Sequence record: NZ_CP067423.1
Source: a plasmid
Reading direction: 5' to 3' (one strand)
Length of the DNA stretch: 64,000 bases
Part shown: positions 1 to 10,342 of the stretch, piece by piece
How the letters are laid out: each line of letters starts with the position of its first letter
Position numbering within the stretch: the first letter of the stretch is position 1
Position numbers and translations under genes: made by a program
The notes under the pieces: generated by a model
Told to the model about the DNA's origin: nothing
What the model saw: only the letters and a program-made list of their open reading frames with translations
Databases searched by the model: none

Positions 1-8
1 AGGGCGTC

Positions 9-992
9 ATGCTTAGCCATCGCAATTTGATTTTCGTCTCAAGCAGGGGAAGACGAACACAGTCTCTCGCTCCCGATGATGTCGCCCTGTGTGTCATGCC
101 GATATCTCATTCGTACGGGCTCGTGTTGATGCAAGGCATGTTGTACGCTGGCGCGCGTATGAAAATTATGCCACGATTTTCACTACAGGAGGCCCTAGAT
201 GCTGTTCGCAGCGGAGAGTTGACGGTTTTCAACGCCGTTCCAGCCATGCTGACACGGGTGGTGGCACATGTTGAACAGACGGGCGAAAAGCTCACGCCAA
301 ATAACCTCCGGTACGTCTACACGGGCACCGCGCCGCTCGACCTGTCACTGCGTAAAAATGTCGAACGGCTGTTCGGCGTGGTCTTACAGAACGGATACGG
401 ATTGACTGAAACGTCGCCGACGATCAGCCGGTCTCACTATTCGATTGGCACCGACGACATCCATATTGGTCCACCGATAGAAGGGGTCGAGATCCGGATC
501 GTCGGGCCTGACGGTCTCGATGTCCCAGAGGGAAAGCCGGGAGAATTGCTGGTCCGGGGCCCCAATGTGATGTTGGGATACTATCGCCAGCCGAAAGCGA
601 CCGCCGAAGTTATCGACGAGGATGGCTATCTTCACACAGGCGATATCGTCAGTCGCAACGAACGCGGCGAACTGGTTATTCAAGGCCGATCAAAGGAATT
701 GATCATTCGCTCCGGCTTCAATGTCTATCCTCCGGAAGTCGAAGCCGCCCTGAATGCACATCCCAGCATTCTAAATTCCGCCGTGCTCGGACGTCCTGTT
801 GAGGGAAATGAGGAAATTATTGCCTTCGTTGAAATGTTGCCTGAACGGCAGTGCGAGGTGGATGAGATTAAGTCCTTTCTGAAGAGCCGCCTTGCCCAGT
901 ATAAGCTGCCGCAACAGATTATCGTTATGCACGATTTGCCGGTCGCTCCGAATGGAAAGATAAAGAAGAACGACTTGAAGAAATATCTCTAG
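9..992 (+). CDS. AMP-dependent acyl-CoA synthetase/ligase, C-terminal fragment. The 5' end is truncated by the window edge.
   Basis: The translation shows the C-terminal AMP-binding-enzyme region (TGDIVSRNERGELVIQGRSKELIIRSGFNVYPPEVE...LPVAPNGKIKKNDLKK), typical of the FadD/acyl-CoA ligase C-terminal domain. The reading frame runs off the window start. Confidence 0.8.
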   Translation: MLSHRNLIFVSSRGRRTQSLAPDDVALCVMPISHSYGLVLMQGMLYAGARMKIMPRFSLQEALDAVRSGELTVFNAVPAMLTRVVAHVEQTGEKLTPNNLRYVYTGTAPLDLSLRKNVERLFGVVLQNGYGLTETSPTISRSHYSIGTDDIHIGPPIEGVEIRIVGPDGLDVPEGKPGELLVRGPNVMLGYYRQPKATAEVIDEDGYLHTGDIVSRNERGELVIQGRSKELIIRSGFNVYPPEVEAALNAHPSILNSAVLGRPVEGNEEIIAFVEMLPERQCEVDEIKSFLKSRLAQYKLPQQIIVMHDLPVAPNGKIKKNDLKKYL

Positions 993-1117
993 ATAGTTTG
1001 AGCTGTCGGTTCGACACTTCCTTCCGAAGCGCTCTGGACCATGAGTCCGACCCATATAGTATCTCCGACAAGGTCCGCAATCCCGCAAAAAACTCGATAT
1101 GGAGAACCCGCCTCGCC

Positions 1118-2554
1118 ATGACAACCTTGCATGCTAACCTGATCGATGGAGCTTGGGTCGAAGGCGAAGCCGCGCCGAACATTAACCCCTCCAACACCAA
1201 CGAAGTCGTCGGCACCTATGCGCGTGCTACTCGAGCTGACTCCCAAGCCGCGATCGCCGCCGCTAAACGTACGTTCCCGACATGGTCGCGCACGAGCCCT
1301 TTGGAGCGTCACGCGGTGTTGCGCAAGGCGGCAGACGAAATTCTCGCCCGCAAGGACGAACTCGGCCGACTTTTGTCGCGCGAGGAAGGCAAATCGTTGG
1401 CCGAAGCAGTCGGCGAAACGATTCGTGCGGCCCAGGTTTTCGATTACTTCGCGGGCGAAACGCTACGGCTGGCCGGCGAAACGTTGCCCTCTGTGCGTCG
1501 GGGTGTCGTGGTGGATGTGACGCGTGAGCCGGTCGGCGTGATCGCTATCATCACGCCGTGGAACTTCCCAATCGCCATTCCGGCGTGGAAAATTGCGCCG
1601 GCGCTCTGCTACGGCAACACTGTGGTATTCAAGCCGGCTGATCTCACCCCTGGCTGCGCTTGGGAGCTGGTTGACATTCTCCACCGCGCCGGGCTGCCAA
1701 AGGGCGTACTCAATCTCGTAATGGGCCGTGGTTCGGTCGTCGGCCAGACCATGCTCGATAGCCCCGACGTAGATGCGATAAGCTTCACAGGCTCAGTGGA
1801 GACCGGCCGGCGTGTGGCGGCCTCCTGCGTCGAACACGGCAGGAAGTTCCAACTCGAGATGGGCGGTAAGAATCCGCTGGTCGTGCTCGATGATGCGGAC
1901 CTCAACGTGGCGGTCGACTGCGCCGTCAACGGTGCATACTTCTTAACTGGCCAGCGCTGCACGGCTTCCTCACGGCTGATCGTCACCGAAGGCATCCACG
2001 ATCGTTTTGTCTCGGCAGTTACCGAAAAGCTTAGGAGCCTCGTCGTCGACGACGCGCTCAAGCCGGGAACGCAGATCGGTCCGGTGGTGGACGAGAACCA
2101 ACTCAGTCAGGACGAGAAGTATATCGCCATTGGCCGTGAGGAGGGCGCTAAGCTGGTGTGTGGAGGCGAAAGGCTGAACCGTGAGACGCCCGGCTTCTTC
2201 TTGCAGCCTGCCTTGTTCACCGAGGCAACCAATAATATGCGCATCAGCCGCGAAGAGATTTTTGGTCCCGTCGCGGCGGTAATTCGTGTCAAGAATTATG
2301 AAGAGGCGCTGGAGACCGCGAACGATACGGCATTCGGCCTGTCCTCGGGGATCTGCACGGCCAGCCTGAAACATGCGACGCACTATAAGCGCAATGCCGA
2401 CGCCGGCATGATTTTTGTCAATCTGCCCACTGGCGGCGTCGACTTCCATGTGCCGTTCGGCGGCCGCAAGGCATCGAGCTTCGGCCCTCGCGAACAGGGC
2501 CGCTACGCCGCCGAGTTCTACACGACCGTCAAAACGGCCTATACGCTGGCCTGA
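1118..2554 (+). CDS. NAD(P)-dependent aldehyde dehydrogenase
   Basis: The ALDH family signature is present, including the catalytic Cys region (FLTGQRCTASSRLIV), ELGGKNP-like (LEMGGKNPLVV) and the glycine-rich region FTGSVETGRRV. Start is placed at ATG 1118 (MTTLHANLIDGAW), inside the longer ORF that opens at 998. Confidence 0.85.
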   Translation: MTTLHANLIDGAWVEGEAAPNINPSNTNEVVGTYARATRADSQAAIAAAKRTFPTWSRTSPLERHAVLRKAADEILARKDELGRLLSREEGKSLAEAVGETIRAAQVFDYFAGETLRLAGETLPSVRRGVVVDVTREPVGVIAIITPWNFPIAIPAWKIAPALCYGNTVVFKPADLTPGCAWELVDILHRAGLPKGVLNLVMGRGSVVGQTMLDSPDVDAISFTGSVETGRRVAASCVEHGRKFQLEMGGKNPLVVLDDADLNVAVDCAVNGAYFLTGQRCTASSRLIVTEGIHDRFVSAVTEKLRSLVVDDALKPGTQIGPVVDENQLSQDEKYIAIGREEGAKLVCGGERLNRETPGFFLQPALFTEATNNMRISREEIFGPVAAVIRVKNYEEALETANDTAFGLSSGICTASLKHATHYKRNADAGMIFVNLPTGGVDFHVPFGGRKASSFGPREQGRYAAEFYTTVKTAYTLA

Positions 2555-3071
2555 CGGGCTAATGCCGGTCCGCTTACCAGCCCCGAGGTGCCCGCGCCGT
2601 GACGGCTTCGCCCATGGCGCAGGCCGCTGGAACGATCCCGCCGGGGCGACCTTGCCTCGCTCGGCCGCGCGAGAGTCGAATAACACCTGCCGCGATTGCC
2701 AGGCAGGTACTGGCGGCGCCAATTACTCAGGGAAGAAGCAGCTCGTGCAGCCGGAACGCTTCGTGAGGTCGAAGCATGCTCGGGATCTGCCAAATAATGC
2801 ACTCTGCGATACTACGAGGTCGGCGCCTGAACTAGAGCAAGAGATGTTCCCACGGGCCTCCTAGGAAGCCGTGATAGCGGATCAACCACCAGTTCCTGCT
2901 GTTCGATCAGCCGGCGAAAATTCTGCTTGTGGACCAGACGGCCGGCATGCGCCTCCACCGCGCGCTGCTGCAACTGCAGCAGCGTAAACTGCGGCGGCAT
3001 CAGTTTGAACACGCGTGATCTGGTCGAAAAGCCAGTCGTTCCGGCCGTCTGACTCTAGAGGAATTCGCCCG

Positions 3072-4232
3072 ATGCAAGCCTTCACCTTCAATACGACCCC
3101 CTCGATCGTCTTCGAAGCCGGTTCGGCCAAGCGCTTCGGCGCGATCGCAGGCAAACGGCTGGGCCCGACGGTGCTGTTCGTGACCGATCCCGGCCTGCGC
3201 AAACTCGGCCTGTGCGACGCAGCCATCGCCTCACTGGAAAGCGTCGGAGCGTCGGTTGCGATTTTCGATTCCGTTGAAGCCGATCCTTCGCTGGCGACCG
3301 TGATGAAGGCGGTGGAAAATGGTCGTTCAGCCGGCGCGACCGGCGTCGCAGGCTTCGGCGGCGGCTCGTCGCTCGACGTGGCGAAAGTGGCCGCACTTCT
3401 TCTCGGCTCCGGCGAAGACATCGACGGCGCCTGGGGCGTGGCGCAGGCGAAGGGACCGCGCCTGCCTCTGGTGCTGGCGCCCACCACGGCAGGAACAGGC
3501 TCGGAAGTCACCCCGGTTTCAATCATTACCGTCGGTGACGAGGAGAAGCGCGGCGTGTCCAGCGCTATCATCCTGCCGGACATTGCGGTGCTCGATCCGG
3601 AACTAACGCTGGGCCTGCCGCCGGCAATCACCGCAGCCACCGGCGTCGACGCGATGGTGCACGCAATCGAAGCCTATGCCTCGAAGAACGCCAACAACAA
3701 TCCGCTGTCGAAGATGCTGGCCAGACAGGCCCTGCAACTCATCGGCGCCAGCATCGAAAAAGCGGTGCTTGACGGTAAGGATGTCGAGGCGAGGGGGGCG
3801 ATGTTGCTCGGCTCCATGCTCGCCGGTCAAGCCTTCGCCAATTCGCCGGTGGCCGCCGTCCACGCGCTTGCCTATCCGATCGGGGGGACGTTCCATGTCC
3901 CGCACGGCCTCTCGAACGCACTTGTCCTGCCGCATGTCCTGTGCTTCAACGCGCCCGACGCCGCCCATCTCTACGCCGAGATCGCCACGGACGCTTTCCC
4001 ACGTCTCGCACAAGAGGAAGGTGTGCAGGGGCGCTGCGCGGCGTTCATTGAGGAACTGGCCTCGCTATCGAAAAGACTTGGCCTGCAGCCGCGCCTGCGG
4101 GATGTCGGCATCGGCGAAGAGCATCTGAAAAAGATGGCGGCGGATGCGATGAAGCAGCAGCGGTTGTTGGTCAACAATCCGCGCAATGTCTCGGAGCCGG
4201 ATGCGCTCGCCATCTATCGCGCGGCATGGTGA
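3072..4232 (+). CDS. Iron-containing (group III) alcohol dehydrogenase / maleylacetate reductase-like oxidoreductase
   Basis: The Fe-ADH fold has the motifs GGGSSLDVAKVAA, the metal-binding His region (AVHALAYPIGGTFHVPHG) and an NAD-binding glycine-rich segment. Start is at ATG 3072 (MQAFTFNTTPSIVFEAG). Confidence 0.8.
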   Translation: MQAFTFNTTPSIVFEAGSAKRFGAIAGKRLGPTVLFVTDPGLRKLGLCDAAIASLESVGASVAIFDSVEADPSLATVMKAVENGRSAGATGVAGFGGGSSLDVAKVAALLLGSGEDIDGAWGVAQAKGPRLPLVLAPTTAGTGSEVTPVSIITVGDEEKRGVSSAIILPDIAVLDPELTLGLPPAITAATGVDAMVHAIEAYASKNANNNPLSKMLARQALQLIGASIEKAVLDGKDVEARGAMLLGSMLAGQAFANSPVAAVHALAYPIGGTFHVPHGLSNALVLPHVLCFNAPDAAHLYAEIATDAFPRLAQEEGVQGRCAAFIEELASLSKRLGLQPRLRDVGIGEEHLKKMAADAMKQQRLLVNNPRNVSEPDALAIYRAAW

Positions 4233-4236
4233 GACG

Positions 4237-4602
4237 ATGAGCGAGCGGTCTTCACCCACGTCGCGCAATGCCTACAACGCGTTTCGCACAATCACCACGG
4301 CTGGATGGATAACGACATCTATGGTGACATGAACAAATGCGGTGCATTATTCGCTGTTCGACACTGCGGTGAATGGCTGGCTGATCGGCGAGGGCCTGCT
4401 GGACATCCATGGCGGCGACCAGATTGGGCTCGTCGTCGAAACCGGGTGCCGCTATTTTTCTGAACTTGCTTTCCCCGATAAGGTAACGGCCGGTATCCGC
4501 GTCGCCAGGCTCGGAACGTCCTCCGTTCGCTATGAGGTTGCCCTGTTTCGGAATGAAGAAGAGATCGCCGCGCTGAAGGCTTCTTCGTCCACGTCTAGCT
4601 AG
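4237..4602 (+). pseudogene. 4HBT/YbgC-type hotdog-fold acyl-CoA thioesterase, apparently disrupted by frameshifts
   Basis: The middle-to-C-terminal thioesterase region (YSLFDTAVNGWL...IGLVVETGCRY...VRVARLGTSSVRYEVALFRNEE) is in frame 4342..4602. The expected N-terminal HGHVNN-like segment (HHGWMDNDIYGDM) lies in a different frame upstream, so at least one frameshift is implied. Confidence 0.35.
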
Positions 4603-5043
4603 GGAAGGAGGTCGGCAACGCTCCTCACTGTGCGGTCAGAATACCGGCACCAGGGAGACATCTCCAAGACGCCGTCAGCTTGTCAGCAATCAGTCTGCTT
4701 GCCGTCCCCGGGCCCAGCAATCGCAGAAGCTACCCCACGCTCCAGTTTACCCGGAATGGCGCTGTTGTAGGGGTCAGAACAAGCACCGCAATCAGATCCA
4801 CGTTCACTTCGTGGCCCTGGTCCCGTTTTCTGGTTCTCCTCAGTGTTTTTGGAGGGAGTATCTTCCATTGCGTACGGCTTGTGTCCGAAGCCTCCGTCGA
4901 GGCTGATTGGTTCAACTTCCGACGAACGTGGACTGCCCCCGACCAGCCGTCAACGTCTCCGGCGACATGAAGTTTTTGTTCTTCGCATCTGCACAAAATT
5001 GTGCCAAACGCCCTCAGGCGGTTAACGTAAGGGAAGGAATGCC

Positions 5044-5889
5044 ATGAGCGCGACAGGTGAAGTGAAGGCCCTGACGCCCCCCGATATCGTGTCACACAAG
5101 GGTGGGACGCCGCTGGTTTGTCTCACTGCCTACACGACACCGATGGCGAGGCTTGTCGATACCACCTGCGATATCGTGCTTGTCGGTGACAGCGTTGGCA
5201 TGGTGCTGCACGGCTTGCCGTCCACGCTGGGCGTCACGCTCGACATGATGATCATGCACGCACAAGCGGTGCGCCGTGGCATCGAGCGGGCACTGATGGT
5301 TGTGGACATGCCGTTCGGGTCCTATGAGGAAGGGCCCGAACAGGCCTTTCGCAATGCCGCCCGGCTGATGGCCGAGACCGGCTGCGCCGCCGTCAAGCTC
5401 GAGGGCGGCGAGAGTATGGCGGAGACGATCCAGTTCCTGGTCGCGCGCGGCATTCCGGTGATGGCGCATGTCGGCCTGACACCACAGGCAGTCAATACTT
5501 TTGGCGGCTACAAGGTGCAGGGGCGTGGCAACGATGCGGAACGCATCTTGCGCGATGCCGACGCGGTTTCAAAAGCCGGCGCGTTTGCCGTTGTGCTGGA
5601 GAAGGTGCCGGAAGCGCTCGCTCGCAGGATTACCGCCGACATTGCCATCCCCACCATCGGTATCGGCGCCTCGTCAGCCTGTGACGGCCAAATCCTGGTG
5701 GTCGACGACATGCTTGGCATGTTCACGGACTTCCGGCCGAAATTCGTCAAGCGCTACGCTGAACTCGGGGAGCGGGCACAAGCCGCGATCGCAGCCTACG
5801 CAAACGAAGTGCGCGAGCGGCGCTTTCCAGGTGCAGAGCATGTCTTTCGCGATCAGCCCAAAACGATCAAGGGTGGAGAAGCGGCATGA
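5044..5889 (+). CDS. panB: 3-methyl-2-oxobutanoate hydroxymethyltransferase (ketopantoate hydroxymethyltransferase)
   Basis: The full-length PanB pattern is present ([15 protein letters not shown]...[14 protein letters not shown]...VVDMPFGSY...AVKLEGG). It overlaps panC by 4 nt (ATGA). Confidence 0.9.
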   Translation: MSATGEVKALTPPDIVSHKGGTPLVCLTAYTTPMARLVDTTCDIVLVGDSVGMVLHGLPSTLGVTLDMMIMHAQAVRRGIERALMVVDMPFGSYEEGPEQAFRNAARLMAETGCAAVKLEGGESMAETIQFLVARGIPVMAHVGLTPQAVNTFGGYKVQGRGNDAERILRDADAVSKAGAFAVVLEKVPEALARRITADIAIPTIGIGASSACDGQILVVDDMLGMFTDFRPKFVKRYAELGERAQAAIAAYANEVRERRFPGAEHVFRDQPKTIKGGEAA

Positions 5890-6752
5890 ATGTTCCGATT
5901 GTCAGGGCCGTGGCGGATCTTCGCACGATCGTTGCGGGATGGCGTCGCGAAGCAGCCAGCATTGCTGTGGTGCCCACTATGGGTGCCTTGCATGAAGGGC
6001 ATCTCAGCCTGGTGCGTGCCGCGCTCGAAAAGGCCGACCGGGTGATCGTGACGCTGTTCGTCAATCCAAAGCAGTTCAACAGCGCAGCCGATCTTGCCGC
6101 CTATCCGCGTACCGAGGTGGAGGACGCTGCAAAGCTGGCGCCACTGGGTGCGCATCTGCTTTACGCGCCGGACGCTGCTGAAATCTATCCGGAGGGTTTT
6201 GCCACCGCGGTTTCGGTCGGCGGCGTCAGCGAGGGCCTGTGCGGCGCGTTTCGGCCGGGTCATTTCGATGGCGTCGCCACCGTCGTCGCCAAACTGTTCC
6301 TGCAGACCGGAGCCGATCTCGCGTTTTTCGGCGAGAAGGATTTCCAGCAGCTTCATGTGGTTCGCCGCATGGCGCGGGATCTGGACATTCCGATCACCGT
6401 CATCGGCTGTCCGACAGTCCGCGAAGAAGACGGGCTGGCGCTCTCTTCGCGCAACGTCCGGCTCTCACTGGCGGAGCGACTGGCTGCACCGAAGCTCGCG
6501 TCGATTCTGCACACAGCAGCCGGACAGATCGCCAACGGAGCGCCGGTCAGCCTGACACTGGCTGAGGCGCGCGCTGCCATCCTTTCGGCAGGCTACCGGG
6601 AGGTGGAATATCTGGAATTGCGAGCAGACGCCGATCTTCGGCCTTTGAACGCACTTTACTGTCCCGCGCGTCTGCTGGTGGCCGCCTGGCTCGGCAACAC
6701 ACGACTGATCGACAATGTCGAAGTTGTTCCCCTGCTGTCGCTTAGCAGTTAA
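5886..6752 (+). CDS. panC: Pantoate--beta-alanine ligase (pantothenate synthetase)
   Basis: The PanC signature is present ([34 protein letters not shown]). It is translationally coupled to panB. Confidence 0.9.
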   Translation: MNVPIVRAVADLRTIVAGWRREAASIAVVPTMGALHEGHLSLVRAALEKADRVIVTLFVNPKQFNSAADLAAYPRTEVEDAAKLAPLGAHLLYAPDAAEIYPEGFATAVSVGGVSEGLCGAFRPGHFDGVATVVAKLFLQTGADLAFFGEKDFQQLHVVRRMARDLDIPITVIGCPTVREEDGLALSSRNVRLSLAERLAAPKLASILHTAAGQIANGAPVSLTLAEARAAILSAGYREVEYLELRADADLRPLNALYCPARLLVAAWLGNTRLIDNVEVVPLLSLSS

Positions 6753-6823
6753 CCGAAAGAATGCGCCGGTTTGGTTCGGGTTGACCATTTAATCATGAGA
6801 ATATGGGCTGCGGGATTCTCAAA

Positions 6824-7399
6824 TTAACTGCAATTGCAGGGAAGGCCTCGGCCGGTGGGCTTGAGCAGTTCGCCCTGCGGCTTGGTTAAACGGAGCCAGT
6901 CCGCCCAGTTATCTGGCTGGAGCACGACCACCTGACGATCATGGTAGGGCGCGACGTCCGGCCCTGGACTCGTCGTCAGCATCGTGAAGGAGGCTGGGTG
7001 ATTGCCCTGGGCCTCACGCCATAGCCCGGCGATGGCCATGAAGGGGGCTCCGATCAGGCTGAAGCGATGTTTGGTTTTGGGGTACTTCTTGCCGGTGAAT
7101 TCGTAGAATCCCGATGCCGGGATCAGGCAGCGCTTGCTGTCGGCGAAGTCTCGCCCTTCCGATCTAAAATTGAAGACCGGCCCACCCCTGGGCCCCGATG
7201 GCGGGAAGCTGAAGTTCATCTGGACGAGTTCGATCATGTCGCCGGCCGCACGCATGACCGGTCCCATATCGTTGATCCTGATATCGTCCGCCTGGGGCAG
7301 ATCGAGTTCTGTCTGTTGCGTTGGTATCTCCAGCTCCAACGCCTGCATCATCTGGCAGTATTCAACCCAGCGAACGTGTTGCTCATAGGCATTGCACAT
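6824..7399 (-). CDS. SOS-response-associated peptidase (SRAP / YedK, DUF159), an abasic-site processing protein
   Basis: The N-terminus is Met-Cys (MCNAYEQ...) and the conserved SRAP core is present (LIPASGFYEFTG...FMAIAGLW...FTMLTT). Size is 191 aa. Confidence 0.8.
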   Translation of the reverse strand: MCNAYEQHVRWVEYCQMMQALELEIPTQQTELDLPQADDIRINDMGPVMRAAGDMIELVQMNFSFPPSGPRGGPVFNFRSEGRDFADSKRCLIPASGFYEFTGKKYPKTKHRFSLIGAPFMAIAGLWREAQGNHPASFTMLTTSPGPDVAPYHDRQVVVLQPDNWADWLRLTKPQGELLKPTGRGLPCNCS

Positions 7400-7488
7400 C
7401 CGGTAAGGATAGCGTGAACTTCAAAATCTTTCGAGGGGTGGGGCGTCTTCCTCCGGAACCGGACTGTCGGCGAAGCTGAAGCCCCGCG

Positions 7489-7854
7489 GTGCGGGTCTTC
7501 ACCCTCCGGGCGTCCATCCCTGACGCGGGCAGGGGCATTCGTGCAGTTGGGGGGAGTGCTTCTGAGATGCTGAGGGCGATTTTGGCGTGGGTAGAGAGGC
7601 GGCGTGCGATCCGTCGCCGATGGCGGGAAGACGCCAGGCGCCTCGTCCGTCTCCACGGCCCGACTGCCTATTATGAGGCACAACGGCTTGCCGCAACATC
7701 CCGCGCGATCGAAGACGGCCAGTTCCTCCACTGGGCAAAGGTAGCTGCCGAGGTGGCGCGGATAGAACCGTCGGCCGAGATGGATATCGACGTCGTCCGG
7801 TCGATTGTCGATCACGAACTTCGTCATCGAGTTCATTCGGATCCTGAGCCATGA
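7489..7854 (+). CDS. Hypothetical basic protein; the start is uncertain and may lie at an internal Met
   Basis: This is an ORF only, with an Arg-rich segment (RRRAIRRRWRED). No recognisable domain was found. Confidence 0.3.
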   Translation: MRVFTLRASIPDAGRGIRAVGGSASEMLRAILAWVERRRAIRRRWREDARRLVRLHGPTAYYEAQRLAATSRAIEDGQFLHWAKVAAEVARIEPSAEMDIDVVRSIVDHELRHRVHSDPEP

Positions 7855-8150
7855 CACGAAGAGGCGGGTCGCCGCGACAATACTGAGGGCACGTCAAGCC
7901 CGGTCTCTGCAATGGCTCTCTGCTACCGGGAAGGATGCGACTGGGTGCGGATCCATCCACGCGCAGGTCCGCCCCCGCTTGCTGTGCTGGCTTCCTGGTC
8001 CAGGTCCGTCCTCCTCCAATCAACCCACAAGGGGTCCGCTACGCGAGCGTGCGGCCGCTGCGGCTTCGCCTGCGCGGTGATTGCGGCCGGGCCCCGGACC
8101 CGACGGGCACCAGAGCGGGGATCGGCCCCGCCCATGGACGGAGCCCTTCA

Positions 8151-8336
8151 ATGTCGCACGATCTTTCACTCGCACAGAACCATGCCTGGAACCTCGCCCG
8201 CACCCTGATGGTGCCGGTTATTCTCTTCAAGGTCGACGACGAATACGGCGTCATGCCCGCCGACGAACTCGACGACGCCGAAATCGAGCCGCTCTTCGAA
8301 TACGATCCCTACCAGGGCGGTCGGCCGGCTCATTGA
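8151..8336 (+). CDS. Small acidic hypothetical protein (61 aa)
   Basis: The internal Met start is MSHDLSLAQNHAWNLARTL... The ORF lies immediately upstream of the DUF3991 gene. Confidence 0.3.
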   Translation: MSHDLSLAQNHAWNLARTLMVPVILFKVDDEYGVMPADELDDAEIEPLFEYDPYQGGRPAH

Positions 8337-8619
8337 GCCGGCCTTCCTCGCGCGCCAAGCGCCCGGCCGTCTGAAGGCCGGGTTGCGCGTCGCATCGTCC
8401 TTTCCCTGCTGGTGGCGGGACGCCACGAGCCCTTATTGGGACGAGGTTTTGCCGCTTGCGCCGGGAAGCCCGCAAGGGAGGCTGCGCCGCCCCGGCAAGC
8501 CGGTGCGCCCCTGCGGCCTTCCGGCTTCGCGGCCGACCTCGAGGCCTGCCGGAAAGGTAGACAAACAGATCTGGACAAGGAAAGGGCCGGACGCCCCGCG
8601 GCGCCGGCGGGATTGACCC

Positions 8620-9612
8620 ATGGAGCAGCATGAAATCGAGACATTGCGAGACAAGGTGCCCTGCGCCGCCGTGCTCGAGCGCGAGGGCTGGACGGTGGAC
8701 GTCAAGGAGAGCACCACACGCGCCGTGAAGTACCGGCGCGGGGCAGGCGAGATCATCATCGTCATCCACAATGGCAGGGGCTGGTTCGATCCACTCTCGG
8801 ATGCCAAGGGCGACGTCTTCACCCTCGCCGGTCACCTGGCCGGTATCGCCTTTCCGGCGGCCGTCGAGGCGGTTCGCAGTCTCGTCGGCTATGTTCCGGC
8901 CACGCCGTCCTGGAATTGCCCGAAGCGCACAGGCATTCCACTTTCGATCACCGACCGATGGCGGCGCCGACGACCTCCAACCATCGGGTCTCGCGCCTGG
9001 CGATATCTGGCAGATGAGCGTGCGATCCCAGTATCCATTCTGCAGGCCGCTATCGCACAAGGCCTGCTGCGCGAGGGGCCGAGCGGCAGCATCTGGACGG
9101 CGCATGTCGACCAAACCAGGCAACTGATCGGTTGGGAAGAACGCGGCCCCCAGTGGCGCGGCTTCTCCACCGGCGGCAGCAAGCAACTGTTCCGTCTCGG
9201 CAACGAGGCTGCGCTTCGGCTCTGCGTCACCGAGGCGGCGATCGACGCCATGAGCCTTGCCGCACTCGAGGGCATGCGTGCCGACACCCTCTACGTCAGC
9301 ACCGGGGGCGGGTGGTCGCCCGTCAGCGATAACGCGATCCGGTCGATCGCCTCGAACCCCGACATATTGATGGCCGCAGCCACCGACAACGATCGGCAGG
9401 GCGAGATCTATGCCCGTCGTTTGCAGGAGATCGTGCGTGAGACTGGGTGCCGGTACGAGCGGCTGCGGCCATCCACGCAGGACTGGAACAGCGATCTGAA
9501 AGGACAGGGGAAAGGAAACCCGGGAGTGGAAGGGGATATCAGAGCGGAATCGCTGCCGCATGCCCGGCCGTCGCGTCAAGGGAAGCTGCGCCCGGCTGGC
9601 GCCGGCCCTTGA
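8620..9612 (+). CDS. DUF3991 + Toprim domain protein (primase-like protein of conjugative elements)
   Basis: The N-terminal DUF3991-like pattern is present (VLEREGWTVDVKEST...KYRRGAGEIIIV...GWFDPLSDAKGDVFTL). The C-terminal Toprim-like acidic motifs are present (LCVTEAAIDAMS...AATDNDRQGE). Confidence 0.75.
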   Translation: MEQHEIETLRDKVPCAAVLEREGWTVDVKESTTRAVKYRRGAGEIIIVIHNGRGWFDPLSDAKGDVFTLAGHLAGIAFPAAVEAVRSLVGYVPATPSWNCPKRTGIPLSITDRWRRRRPPTIGSRAWRYLADERAIPVSILQAAIAQGLLREGPSGSIWTAHVDQTRQLIGWEERGPQWRGFSTGGSKQLFRLGNEAALRLCVTEAAIDAMSLAALEGMRADTLYVSTGGGWSPVSDNAIRSIASNPDILMAAATDNDRQGEIYARRLQEIVRETGCRYERLRPSTQDWNSDLKGQGKGNPGVEGDIRAESLPHARPSRQGKLRPAGAGP

Positions 9613-9724
9613 CCCGCCGGACCGGAGAGGCGGCCGCGGGAATGGGTGATGAGAAGGCATGAAGGTGATGATCCGGTCGGATGGACAGGATCGCGCTTGA
9701 TGCCGACGGACGACAGGAGCCGCC

Positions 9725-10330
9725 ATGATCACCCAAACTTCCTTCCGCAAGGTCTTCGAGGGCGTCGCCACGCGCCAACAGATGTTCCATATGTTCGATC
9801 GCCATGGCCCGGCGCCGATGAGCAAGGCACGCCTCACCGGCCGCCTCTATGACGGCGAGTGGTTCGAGATCGGCCGGGCCGAGCACGACTACATGTTCGA
9901 GATCCTGCCGCCGCTCTGGATTCGCGGCGACATGTTCGCAATGCGCGAGTTCATGACCGGCTCGATCACCAGCGTCTTCTTCGCACTCTCGATCGATGGG
10001 CGGCCACGCTACTTCCACGCCTATTGCGATATGTCGGCCAAGGGTTCGGCCGAGCGCATGCGCGATGTGATCATCGAGCGGGAATCCCGCCCCGTCCGTG
10101 CCATGACGCGCGCGGAGCGGCTCGACCATATCTGGAGCACGACCCATGCCGACTATCGCGGTTATGCGGGTGAGCGGTGGCCCGAGGCCGACCAGGACAA
10201 GCGAACCGTGCTGGTCTATGGCGGCGGCCAAGGGACGGTCCTGAAGCTTCTGGACGATCTGACCGCCCCCGAGATCAGCGCCAAGCTGCCGGTCCATCTC
10301 CGCTACCTGCCCGCCGCGATTGCAGCCTGA
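9725..10330 (+). CDS. DUF1419-like conserved ICE/plasmid protein
   Basis: The call rests on pattern memory of conserved element proteins (FRKVFEGVATRQQMFHMFDRHG...EWFEIGRAEHDYMFEILPPLW). No enzymatic motif was recognised. Confidence 0.55.
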   Translation: MITQTSFRKVFEGVATRQQMFHMFDRHGPAPMSKARLTGRLYDGEWFEIGRAEHDYMFEILPPLWIRGDMFAMREFMTGSITSVFFALSIDGRPRYFHAYCDMSAKGSAERMRDVIIERESRPVRAMTRAERLDHIWSTTHADYRGYAGERWPEADQDKRTVLVYGGGQGTVLKLLDDLTAPEISAKLPVHLRYLPAAIAA

Positions 10331-10342
10331 TCGGAGGCTGTC

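Noticed and set aside
2882-3640. A 252-aa minus-strand ORF overlapping the Fe-ADH gene. A nearby 66-aa ORF lies at 2812-3012.
   Set aside because: The Fe-ADH on the plus strand has a strong family signature. The antisense ORFs are low complexity. The 66-aa ORF has no convincing HTH.
6753-6830. A possible tRNA or att site after panC.
   Set aside because: No cloverleaf-compatible sequence (T-loop GGTTCGAATCC-like with an acceptor stem) was found by eye. Only an AT-richer stretch is present.
8251-9837. A 528-aa minus-strand ORF antisense to the DUF3991/Toprim gene.
   Set aside because: It has Arg/Ala/Pro-rich composition typical of an antisense frame in high-GC DNA. It has no domain signal and fully overlaps a well-supported gene.
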